In this document: piece after piece, positions 8,730 to 17,016 of the stretch | Position numbering within the stretch: position 1 is the first letter of the stretch | Layout of the letters: every line of letters begins with the position of its first letter | Source: Candidatus Thorarchaeota archaeon | GTDB taxonomy: Archaea > Asgardarchaeota > Thorarchaeia > Thorarchaeales > Thorarchaeaceae | DNA length: 25,018 bases | Assembly (NCBI GenBank): GCA_048882485.1 | Contig: JBHLRP010000025.1 | Coordinates: 19,195-44,212 of the forward strand | Reading direction: 5' to 3' | Translations under genes and position numbers: made by a program | The notes under the pieces: model-generated | Told to the model about the DNA's origin: nothing | What the model saw: only the letters and a program-made list of their open reading frames with translations | Database searches by the model: none

Positions 8730-10355
8730 ATGCCTATGCTGAGAACTACTTCGGAGGCCTTTCCTTCATCAAAAGATGTACTGAAAGACCTCCCATACGT
8801 CTTGCGAGTCGAATTTGGAGACTTGGCACGAGACGTTACCAAGATTGTTGGCAAGCCAATTGCTTGCCATAAATGCAATGGCTTCCTTCTCAGTGTAGAT
8901 CAGATACTAGAGGATGACAAGGTCGGAAAGCACTTTGTCTGTCCCTTCTGTGGTACACTGAATGTTATTGAAGGGGAGATAGTCGTCGCAGGCGACGATA
9001 CAGACTTCGTTGTGAAGCCACCACAAGAAATAGAGACCGGTACTGATACAATCTCAACAGGCGGCCGGTCTTTCTTGGCGTTGATAGACGTTTCTGGATC
9101 CATGGCTGGTGAGAACCTGGCTGCAGTGAAGCGCAGTCTAAACACATCAATTGACAGTCTGGCAGCCAACACTCCAGACACAATGTTTGGTCTGATTGAG
9201 TTTGAGAGCTCTGTAATCTGCAGGAATCTGGAGACCGGAGAGCCCATCGAACTCCCAAGAGAGTCCTTCCAAAGTCTGGACTCAATCATGGACTCGACAA
9301 AACGCTTGTTGGACAAAATCAAGATGGTCAAGGTCGGTGACAAGTCATCAGACCTGAAGAATCACGTCGCAGCTCTGCGAGACCAAGGCGGAACTGCGCT
9401 GGGACCAGCTGTGGGAATGGCCTACACCATAGCCAAACACCGAGATGTTGGTCGAATTGTCCTTCTTACTGATGGACTTGCAAACGAGGGAATTGGCGCC
9501 CTTGAGGGATACCAGGTCACACCTGCGAACAAATACTACGAGGACCTTGGTGATGAGTTCAGAAAGATTGGAGCCGCCTTCGATGTCGTAGGCATCGCGT
9601 CAGGTGGAGCCATGGAGCTCAAGACACTGGGCCTGCTGCCTGAGGCTACCGGGGGCACTATGTACTATGTGACTCCCAATGAACTGGATAGAAGCCTCTC
9701 AGAGCTTGCAGGAGCAACCCTTCTAGGCCGTGACGTTGAGGTCAAACTCATCACACCTGAGGGTGTCAAGCTCAAAGATGCATCAGGAGCATCCCGTGCA
9801 GTTCTTGATGAGCTCAAGAAGAAAGGCGGCGGAAAGATTGGAGTTGTTGGTGAGGACCATGAGCTATACTTCGAGGTAGAGCCTGAGAAGAAGATCAAGG
9901 GTGAAGAAGTCCCGATTCAGGTACAGGTTTCCTACACCGACAATGAGGGCGCGAGGAGGGTCCGTGCAGTGACAACCAAGCTCAAGGTCTCTGAGAAAGA
10001 AGATGAGATCATGAAGACTCTCGACCCAACTGTAGGCGCTACCTTTGTCACTCAGAAAGCTGGTGAGGATGCAGTAAGAGGGGACCGCAAGAAGGGCAAG
10101 GAGAGACTTGCCTCATTCAGGACCGCTATGAAGGCTCGTGCTAAGGCCGCACCCAAGCCAGTCAAGGCGATGCTCGATAAGGCGGATGATGTCCTTGAGA
10201 GTGAGGAAGAAGAGCTTGAACGTCAGGAGGCACGAATGATGGAGGCTCCTGCCGGAGGTGCTGCACCATCTGCAGCCGCTGACATGACCGCGGTCGAGAA
10301 CCTTGCTCAAATGAAGCGCAGCTCCAAGAGAATGTTCGAGGACGACGAAGAATAG
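8730..10355 (+). CDS. Sec23/Sec24-like protein (Zn finger, vWA trunk, beta-sandwich, helical tail)
   Basis: PIACHKC...FVCPFCGTLN matches the Sec23/24 Zn finger. vWA motifs IDVSGS, GGTALGPA, LLTDG. IQVQVSYTDNEGARRVRAVT matches the Sec23/24 beta-sandwich signature. Confidence 0.85.
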   Translation: MPMLRTTSEAFPSSKDVLKDLPYVLRVEFGDLARDVTKIVGKPIACHKCNGFLLSVDQILEDDKVGKHFVCPFCGTLNVIEGEIVVAGDDTDFVVKPPQEIETGTDTISTGGRSFLALIDVSGSMAGENLAAVKRSLNTSIDSLAANTPDTMFGLIEFESSVICRNLETGEPIELPRESFQSLDSIMDSTKRLLDKIKMVKVGDKSSDLKNHVAALRDQGGTALGPAVGMAYTIAKHRDVGRIVLLTDGLANEGIGALEGYQVTPANKYYEDLGDEFRKIGAAFDVVGIASGGAMELKTLGLLPEATGGTMYYVTPNELDRSLSELAGATLLGRDVEVKLITPEGVKLKDASGASRAVLDELKKKGGGKIGVVGEDHELYFEVEPEKKIKGEEVPIQVQVSYTDNEGARRVRAVTTKLKVSEKEDEIMKTLDPTVGATFVTQKAGEDAVRGDRKKGKERLASFRTAMKARAKAAPKPVKAMLDKADDVLESEEEELERQEARMMEAPAGGAAPSAAADMTAVENLAQMKRSSKRMFEDDEE

Positions 10356-10364
10356 ACGATGACA

Positions 10365-10407
10365 GAGTGGCGTTGCAGCACGCAGCGTCGCTCAAACCTC
10401 TTTTTTT
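10365..10407 (+). terminator. Hairpin plus T7 terminator
   Basis: 12-bp stem 10365-10376/10382-10393 with three G-U pairs, followed by T7 at 10401-10407. Confidence 0.6.
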
Positions 10408-10550
10408 CTATCATATGTGTCTGATTGACCAAAGTTTCAAAATGCGCAAACGGGCTCTCTTATCATAATAATGTCATCATAACTGCTAAATACCCAACTG
10501 CGGCGTTAGGATTTGTCAAATGGACAATTGATAGCAGCGGAGATTCTACT

Positions 10551-10847
10551 TTGATAAGTCAAGAGCGACTAAAAAGCATCCTTCAACAGCTCAAGGCCCA
10601 AGACGGAGTCCGTGGGGTTGTGGTCACCACCATGGAAGGTCTTCCTCTGAGCAGTGACTTGGATGCAGACACAACCGAAAATGTCGCTGCAATCATCACC
10701 TCTCTTGTAGGAAAGGCACTGGACACGGTGCGCCTCCTACGTGAGGGATCATTGTCCTTCCTAACCTTGGACACAACACAAGGTCAAATAAACATCGCAC
10801 CCGATGAAAAAGAGGGCCTAATATTAGTGGTCCTCAAGAAGAACTAG
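10551..10847 (+). CDS. Roadblock/LC7 protein, dynein light chain roadblock-like (98 aa)
   Basis: GVRGVVVTTMEGLPLSS...KALDTVR...LSFLTL...INIAPD; TTG 10551 follows GGAG. Confidence 0.88.
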   Translation: MISQERLKSILQQLKAQDGVRGVVVTTMEGLPLSSDLDADTTENVAAIITSLVGKALDTVRLLREGSLSFLTLDTTQGQINIAPDEKEGLILVVLKKN

Positions 10848-10864
10848 TATATGGGGCTATATCC

Positions 10865-11335
10865 ATGAGCGATCCGAAAGCGTTCGACAGAATCCTCACG
10901 GACATCATCCGTCAAGAGAAGGGAATCCGCAAGGTCATCCTTGTAGATAAGACAGGTCTGACCATTGCTAACGTGAGCAAGCTGTCATATTATCCAGTGG
11001 ACGTCGACAGTATCGGCGCAATTGCGTCCGCGGTCTTTTGTGCCTCAGAGGAACAAGGGAAAAATCTGCAGATTGGCGAGCTTGAGATCGTAACGAGCGA
11101 GTTTAGCGAGGGCAAGATATTCGCATCTGCGTGCGGGAAGGGTGTGCTGTGCGTTGTGTCTGATGCCGATGTCAACATAGGCATGATACGCCTTGTCATG
11201 AAGAAGCAGGGTGTACAGCTCGCAGACGAGCTTGACAAGTTCCTAGCAGTGGAGCCATTAGCTCCCAGCGGCAAGGACAAGGAGCTGGATGAGGAGGACC
11301 TAAAGTCCGCCCTCGCAGAGCTTGAGAGGGTCTGA
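10865..11335 (+). CDS. Roadblock/LC7 protein, MglB-like with acidic C-terminal helix
   Basis: GIRKVILVDKTGLTIA, VNIGMIRLVMKK; tail LDEEDLKSALAELERV; lies directly upstream of the MglA-type GTPase. Confidence 0.88.
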   Translation: MSDPKAFDRILTDIIRQEKGIRKVILVDKTGLTIANVSKLSYYPVDVDSIGAIASAVFCASEEQGKNLQIGELEIVTSEFSEGKIFASACGKGVLCVVSDADVNIGMIRLVMKKQGVQLADELDKFLAVEPLAPSGKDKELDEEDLKSALAELERV

Positions 11336-11391
11336 CCGCTGCGAGGCGGTTGACCTTGTACGCTCTACAGTCCCAATTGTGCCACAAACCC

Positions 11392-11484
11392 TTTTATGAG
11401 ACCACACTTTTGGGCTTATCAGCCCCCCGAGCAGGGCCTCTATTTGAGGCCAAAACCAGCACAGGCAGTGACGCAGCGAGGTGA
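11392..11484 (+). promoter_or_regulatory. Putative TATA element, two hairpins and SD upstream of the GTPase
   Basis: TTTTATGA at 11392; hairpins GGGCT/AGCCC (11412-11425) and GGCCTC/GAGGCC (11435-11451); SD GAGGTGA at 11478-11484. Confidence 0.45.
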
Positions 11485-11490
11485 ACAGCG

Positions 11491-12054
11491 ATACGTAAAG
11501 ACGACAAAGGCCGCATACATCTCAAGTTGGTCTTCTACGGACCATCACTCGGAGGTAAAACAACTGCACTTCGTTGGCTCTACGGAAAAGTTGAGGGCCT
11601 CCAGAAAGGAGAGTTCACTGCAATCGAGGATGAAACCAACCGCACTCTGTTCTTTGACTATGTTCCAATGAGTGCTGGAGGCCGAGTGCTCTTTGATGTG
11701 TTCACCGTCGCTGGTCAGAAGCGGCACAGGCACCAAAGAAAAGTAGTGCTCCAGGGCACTGATGGCATACTGTTTGTTGCTGACTCTTCCCCAGATCAGA
11801 GAGATGAGAACACGGAGAGCTTTGAGGAACTCAAGCTTTTCTTAGGAGATGCTCTGGGGCGCGAGATACCAATTGTAGTCATGCTAAACAAGCGAGACCT
11901 ACCTAATAGAATGTCTCGAGATGAGATGCTAGACCTTCTCGGTCTTGGAGGCAATGTCCCCATCTACGAAACGATTGCTGTCCAAGGCGTAGGAGTTAAG
12001 AGGGCGTTTCAGGCAATAGCGAGGGAAGTAATCCTCAAAAGAATGTACAAATGA
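11491..12054 (+). CDS. MglA-family small GTPase (probable ATA start; track start TTG 11527)
   Basis: G1 GPSLGGKTT, MglA-type switch I RTLFFD, G3 TVAGQ, GILFVADS, G4 NKRD, G5 TIA. Confidence 0.92.
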   Translation: MRKDDKGRIHLKLVFYGPSLGGKTTALRWLYGKVEGLQKGEFTAIEDETNRTLFFDYVPMSAGGRVLFDVFTVAGQKRHRHQRKVVLQGTDGILFVADSSPDQRDENTESFEELKLFLGDALGREIPIVVMLNKRDLPNRMSRDEMLDLLGLGGNVPIYETIAVQGVGVKRAFQAIAREVILKRMYK

Positions 12055-12071
12055 TTGACTAGGTGAGGCGA

Positions 12072-12443
12072 ATGTCAGAGACCCGCGGAGACACTTTGGA
12101 AGGCGTTCTTAATGAACTTCAGGGGAGTATACCTGAGATTGAGGCGTGCGCAATAGTCAGCGTAGAAGGACTTCCGATTGTGTCAGCTTTGCCAACGGAT
12201 GTTGATGAGGCAAAGGTTGCTGCGATGACTGCGGCTATGCTGACTCTTGGCGAGAAAGCCGCAATTGAACTTGGAAAGGGCAATCTAGAGCAGGTCAATA
12301 TCAAAGGTATCGAAGGCTGGCTTCTTGTTATTCAGGCTGGAATGAACGCCTGTCTCACGGTGTCTACTACCGCTAGTGCCAAGCTAGGAATGGTCTTCCT
12401 TGAGATGAAACGTGCAGCAGAGAAAGTTTCTGGGATGATCTAG
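12072..12443 (+). CDS. Roadblock/LC7 domain protein
   Basis: IEACAIVSVEGLPIVSAL, VAAMTAAMLTLGE, LGMVFLEMKR; ATG 12072 lies 5 nt after AGGTGA. Confidence 0.92.
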   Translation: MSETRGDTLEGVLNELQGSIPEIEACAIVSVEGLPIVSALPTDVDEAKVAAMTAAMLTLGEKAAIELGKGNLEQVNIKGIEGWLLVIQAGMNACLTVSTTASAKLGMVFLEMKRAAEKVSGMI

Positions 12444-12523
12444 TCATAGTACACACACTGACCCAACATCAAGCCTTTTAGGGGATGCACTTAGATTCAT
12501 AGTGAAATAGGACGTGCAACTGA

Positions 12524-13291
12524 GTGAACCTGACAGGCCCCGTGTACAGACTCTATGAATACTTTCTACATAGGCAGTTACACAAAGACAAGGCGCCCCG
12601 TCATGTTGGGATAATTCTGGACGGAAATAGACGCTATGCACGTCAACATGGACTTGAGGTCCCTTGGTTCGGACACCAGAAAGGTGCTCAGAAGGTCATG
12701 GAGGTCTTGAAAATTCTCTGGGAGGCTGGAGTCAAAGTCTGCACTCTCTATGCCTTCTCGGTAGAAAACTTCCAGCGAAAGCAAGATGAAGTCGATGAGA
12801 TAATGGCCATTGCCAAAGACAAGTTCAGCGAGGTAGTGGGCAATCCGGATGTACACAAACATAGGGTTCGTATCCAAGCTATTGGAAGAGTAGACCTCTT
12901 GCCAGACGAGGTCCAACTGGCCATAGCACAGGCCGAAGAGGAAACTCGGGACTACAATGATCACATCCTGAATGTTGCCATTGGCTATTCAGGTAGAGCA
13001 GAACTTGTGGATGCAGTACAGGCGATTGGAGAGAAGATTCAGTCAGGCAGTCTAGATCCCTCCAAAGTCGATGAAGAATTGATTGAGAAACACCTCTATA
13101 CCAACGGCATTCCTGATCCCGACCTGATAATTAGAACATCAGGTGAAGAACGCCTGTCAGGCTTCCTTCTCTGGCAGTCTGCCTATTCAGAGCTATATTT
13201 CGCACAGATGTACTGGCCTGCTGTTAGGCGGATTGATATCTGGAGAGCACTTAGATCATATGAACGAAGGGCTCGTCGCTTTGGTTCATGA
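12524..13291 (+). CDS. uppS: cis-prenyltransferase (polyprenyl diphosphate synthase)
   Basis: HVGIILDGNRRYA, YAFSVENFQR, PDLIIRTSGEERLSGFLLWQSAYSEL. Confidence 0.96.
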   Translation: MNLTGPVYRLYEYFLHRQLHKDKAPRHVGIILDGNRRYARQHGLEVPWFGHQKGAQKVMEVLKILWEAGVKVCTLYAFSVENFQRKQDEVDEIMAIAKDKFSEVVGNPDVHKHRVRIQAIGRVDLLPDEVQLAIAQAEEETRDYNDHILNVAIGYSGRAELVDAVQAIGEKIQSGSLDPSKVDEELIEKHLYTNGIPDPDLIIRTSGEERLSGFLLWQSAYSELYFAQMYWPAVRRIDIWRALRSYERRARRFGS

Positions 13292-13318
13292 GATATCTGC
13301 AATTTGGTGACACAGCGC

Positions 13319-13356
13319 TTTATATTGCTCCAACGGCTCTTCGATTGAACGGAGGA
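13319..13356 (+). promoter_or_regulatory. TATA box and SD of the 13367 gene
   Basis: TTTATATT at 13319-13326; GGAGGA at 13351-13356. Confidence 0.5.
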
Positions 13357-13366
13357 GACTATATCC

Positions 13367-14563
13367 TTGGCACGAAAGCCAATTGATGTCTACCAAGGTC
13401 TGATTAAGACAAAGCTCTTGGTAGATAGCGTTTCACATATCGATTCTGTAGTTGGACGTTATAAGGACCACATGCTGGTTGGCCAGAAGCTCTCTTTTCA
13501 TCTCAGAAGGTTCGTAGAATTCTGGAGTAGACACTACGCATTCCTTGATAACCGTGAAACAACGACTCTCTCCGACCTAACGATCGCCATAGATTTGCTG
13601 GATTATTTCACATCCACTTCTAAATGGTGGACAATGACAAGAGAGGATCCCGGACTTGTCTTGAGGCTTCCATCCCGCGACCCTCGAGAATTCATAAAAT
13701 CGATTCCCCTAATTCAGATGGGAGGTGAAACTCTCGGTCGTGTTACTGGTGCAAGAAACCGTCTCGTTCGCTTTCTAGAGGAACATGAATTAGGCGACGA
13801 TAATACTCGTGCAGCACTGGCTGAACATCTAGTATCGACTTGGCTGCTCCTTTGTGGCTTTTCCTGCAAAGGGCAGGGACGGAACATCACAACGGAAGAA
13901 GATTTTGAAACTGCATATGACATTGTTCGGATTCTTCTCTTCTACATGTCCCTCAACGATTTCAAGGCACTCACTGCAGTGCGTCAGATTGCCACGGATC
14001 CTAACCTCCCTAAGATTGCAGTGATTGGTTTCTCCCCTGGGTTTGAACGAAAACTCGACTCCTCACTCGCTGCAAGCTTGGAACGTCTGCATGGCGAATA
14101 TCTTACAAAAGTGGCTACTTCAACTTCTGGTGCATCAAGAAACATTCTCACCAACTCTTTGCGCATCCTAGGGCAAATACAGGCGATGAAACTTGAGTTG
14201 ACTAGGATTGAGAAAGAAGACTATGACTCAATTATTGTCGGAGCTATGGGCCTCCTTGAAACGCTTGATGTACCTGCAAGGCTGCTCCAGGACGAAGACG
14301 AAGTTGTAGCGTTGTTCAAGAGCCTACAACCAGGAGAAGGTTTTGAAGAGAAGCTATCTCTTCTAACAAGAAGAATAGAGGGATTGCTTGTAGACTCGGC
14401 TGGTAACAGGGACTACGTGCTTCAATATGCTAGAATGGTTCCGCGGATTATAGCTTTGTTACTCTTGGTTGCTGCGGCAACCAAGACGGAACCGACAGAG
14501 CCTCTTCAAGATCAGGATTTGAAGAGAGGTCTCATTCTACTCAATAGACTGTTCAGTGGCTAG
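13367..14563 (+). CDS. Hypothetical helical protein with four ~100-aa AAA+ lid-like repeats
   Basis: Long ORF with TATA and SD; a recurrent motif centred on D70, D179, D285 and D384. Confidence 0.7.
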   Translation: MARKPIDVYQGLIKTKLLVDSVSHIDSVVGRYKDHMLVGQKLSFHLRRFVEFWSRHYAFLDNRETTTLSDLTIAIDLLDYFTSTSKWWTMTREDPGLVLRLPSRDPREFIKSIPLIQMGGETLGRVTGARNRLVRFLEEHELGDDNTRAALAEHLVSTWLLLCGFSCKGQGRNITTEEDFETAYDIVRILLFYMSLNDFKALTAVRQIATDPNLPKIAVIGFSPGFERKLDSSLAASLERLHGEYLTKVATSTSGASRNILTNSLRILGQIQAMKLELTRIEKEDYDSIIVGAMGLLETLDVPARLLQDEDEVVALFKSLQPGEGFEEKLSLLTRRIEGLLVDSAGNRDYVLQYARMVPRIIALLLLVAAATKTEPTEPLQDQDLKRGLILLNRLFSG

Positions 14564-15299
14564 TAGAATCTCCTTTATTGGGATTATCGATGAGGATACG
14601 GGCATCCACAACAAGTGCGCCTTTTCCTTTATCATAAACAAAGGTTGGATTGCAATCAAGTTCATTGATTTCTTGGTTCTCATCTATCATCTTTGAAACC
14701 GCCATAATCACCTCGACCAAGGCATCCACGTCTCTAGGAGCTTGTCCTCGGATACCCTCCAGTATCTTAGCGGCTTTGATCTCTGATATCATTTCTCGAG
14801 CGTCAATTTCTGTGAGGGGAATGAGCCGAAATGAAACATCCTTAAGGACCTCGACAAAAATTCCTCCAAGACCAAACATGATGGCATGACCGAATTGCGG
14901 GTCACGTGTGACCCCCACAATGACTTCCGTCCCCATATCTGCGAAGTCTGAGATGAACACTCCTTTACTGAGATCAACCTCTATCCCCTTCTCTTTCCCG
15001 AATTTCTTGGCATTCTCCATTATTTCTTCAAATGCTTGACGGACCTCGTCCTCGTTCTTGAGATTGACCTTGACACCACCTGCATCTGACTTGTGGAGAA
15101 CGTCCTTAGAAAGTATCTTCAAAACAACCGGAAACCCGATTTTCTTTGATTTCTCTACTGCTTCGTCAGCTGTAGCAGCTGTGTCATAGGCAGGGATTGG
15201 GATTCCATATTCCTTCATTATGTCCTTGGCCTCATGCTCAAGAACAAAGGTCCTTCCCTCATCTAGAGCCGCTTTGAATATCTTCTTGGCTGCTTTCAT
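14553..15299 (-). CDS. Acetate/acyl-CoA synthetase (ADP-forming) beta subunit, ATP-grasp
   Basis: IGFPVVLKILS, HKSDAGGV, DPQFGHAIMFGLGGIFVEVLKD, ELDCNP, VDARI. Confidence 0.93.
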   Translation of the reverse strand: MKAAKKIFKAALDEGRTFVLEHEAKDIMKEYGIPIPAYDTAATADEAVEKSKKIGFPVVLKILSKDVLHKSDAGGVKVNLKNEDEVRQAFEEIMENAKKFGKEKGIEVDLSKGVFISDFADMGTEVIVGVTRDPQFGHAIMFGLGGIFVEVLKDVSFRLIPLTEIDAREMISEIKAAKILEGIRGQAPRDVDALVEVIMAVSKMIDENQEINELDCNPTFVYDKGKGALVVDARILIDNPNKGDSTSH

Positions 15300-15446
15300 C
15301 CTTCTTCAGACCTCTCTGCATTTGCTGGCATGTCGGTCTTATTTATCATTTGAGGCAGGAACTGTCTTTTTGAACTTGCCTCCACACCCGATTCCATAAC
15401 ACAATTCTAATAGCAGCGCGCTATAAGCAGACTATGAGGCACGATC

Positions 15447-16454
15447 TTGGGATTTGACATACTTACTGATGGTCAGGCTATCATGGATTCCTCAAGTGCT
15501 GATTTTGAAAACCAAATGAGAGAGGCCTATGAGAGTCGATTTGAGGTGTTTGGAGCTGAATTACTATGCTACAGTCCCACTGCCTATCCCTACAAGATAG
15601 ATGACCATCAACAGGTCAGCCGCCACAATTTCATCTCTATTAGTGTCACAGGCACATCCTGTTCTCTTCAGTGTGATCATTGTGAAGGCCGTCTTCTCAA
15701 AGGAATGGAACCTGCAATGACTCCTGATCAACTCGTTCAGGTATGCAACGAGGTCAGAATGCGTGGAGCAGAGGGAGTATTGATCAGTGGAGGGTCTGAC
15801 TCAAAGGGCCACGTTCCGCTCTCTCAGTTTGGAGAAGCAATTAAGACAGCCACCTTGGAACTAGGTCTCAAAGTCGTTGTCCATACTGGCCTTGTCGATG
15901 ACAAGACTGTTCAATTGTTGAAGGAAGCATCAATCGATGCTGCAATGCTGGACATAATCGGAAGCAGAGAGGTCTCAGAGAGGGTCTATCACTTGGAAGA
16001 TGGCCCCGAGCGCATGGAGCAATCACTCGAATTGCTATATGCAGCAGGCATTCCAACTGTTCCACATGTCTTAGTGGGACTTGATTACGGTTCACTTGGA
16101 GGCGAGATGGAGGCTCTAGACATGATATCTCGCACCAACCCGGCCGGAGTGGTGATTATCGCTCTAAGCCCATTGCGGAAGACTCCAATGGCTTCTGCTA
16201 TGCCACCTTCTGCGGAATCAATAGGCAAAGTTCTCACCGTCGCTCGGCTGGCAATGAAAGAAACACCAGTCTTACTCGGATGTGCAAGACCAATAGGGCA
16301 ACACAAGATAGACACAGACAGGTATGCGCTTCAAAGTGGAGTCAACGGAATCGCTTACATTAGCCAAGAAGGTGTCGACTACGCAAAGTCGCTCGGTCTA
16401 AAGCCGGTATTTAGGGATGTGTGTTGCAGTCTCGCTTATGAAATAATCAGGTAG
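15447..16454 (+). CDS. Radical SAM protein, LipS1-type archaeal lipoyl synthase component
   Basis: CSLQCDHC (CxxxCxxC), LISGG, C-terminal GCARP and CCS motifs characteristic of LipS1. Confidence 0.8.
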   Translation: MGFDILTDGQAIMDSSSADFENQMREAYESRFEVFGAELLCYSPTAYPYKIDDHQQVSRHNFISISVTGTSCSLQCDHCEGRLLKGMEPAMTPDQLVQVCNEVRMRGAEGVLISGGSDSKGHVPLSQFGEAIKTATLELGLKVVVHTGLVDDKTVQLLKEASIDAAMLDIIGSREVSERVYHLEDGPERMEQSLELLYAAGIPTVPHVLVGLDYGSLGGEMEALDMISRTNPAGVVIIALSPLRKTPMASAMPPSAESIGKVLTVARLAMKETPVLLGCARPIGQHKIDTDRYALQSGVNGIAYISQEGVDYAKSLGLKPVFRDVCCSLAYEIIR

Positions 16455-17016
16455 TCCATCTGCTGATAACGAATCCCGCAAGCTCATACCCCAGGTCAAA
16501 AAACCAGAGCCCGACAGCTGCGGCAAAGAAACTAGGCCATATGATTGACAAGAAGACTACTGCCACCTTCAAAGTGAATCTATAATAGAAAAAGTACGAC
16601 ATCCATTGTTTCTTACCACTATCTGCCCAGTCATTCCCACGTTCGTCTACTATTGCTGCCAGAAGTAAGATGAGCAGGAGAGCAAAGAGTGTAAACCCAT
16701 TGGATATTACAGGTATACCACCCAACAAGAGCAATGCACCTATCATGATGAAACCAACTAGAAACTGAGGCTTGTTTACCTTCCCAGACAGGAGAACTCC
16801 AAGGACGATTGCACCCAGAAGAACCAGATCCCATTCAGACAGTGTCATAATTTGTCCAAATAGCACTCCTGAGAGCGCCAGTGGCACAACTGCACCAGTT
16901 GGTCGATTCAGTTCATCAAGAAGGTCATCACCTATCTTTAGAGTCAGACCAGCCAGTAAATATGCAGCATAGTAAATAAGCCACTCAATCACAAGGTTCG
17001 CCATCCAGGAATTCAC
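16447..17016 (-). CDS. Integral membrane protein of unknown function
   Basis: About 6 TM segments with acidic loops KIGDDLLDE and IVDERGND; start is GTG 17016 or ATG 17004. Confidence 0.75.
   Translation of the reverse strand: MNSWMANLVIEWLIYYAAYLLAGLTLKIGDDLLDELNRPTGAVVPLALSGVLFGQIMTLSEWDLVLLGAIVLGVLLSGKVNKPQFLVGFIMIGALLLLGGIPVISNGFTLFALLLILLLAAIVDERGNDWADSGKKQWMSYFFYYRFTLKVAVVFLSIIWPSFFAAAVGLWFFDLGYELAGFVISRWTT

Noticed and set aside
10359-10393. ATGA plus hairpin as a SECIS element
   Set aside because: Lacks the opposing GA pair and apical AA; the upstream gene has no in-frame TGA. A terminator fits better.
11396-11671. 91-aa ORF overlapping the GTPase start (frameshift idea)
   Set aside because: No slippery site; the SD-positioned ATA explains the N-terminus.
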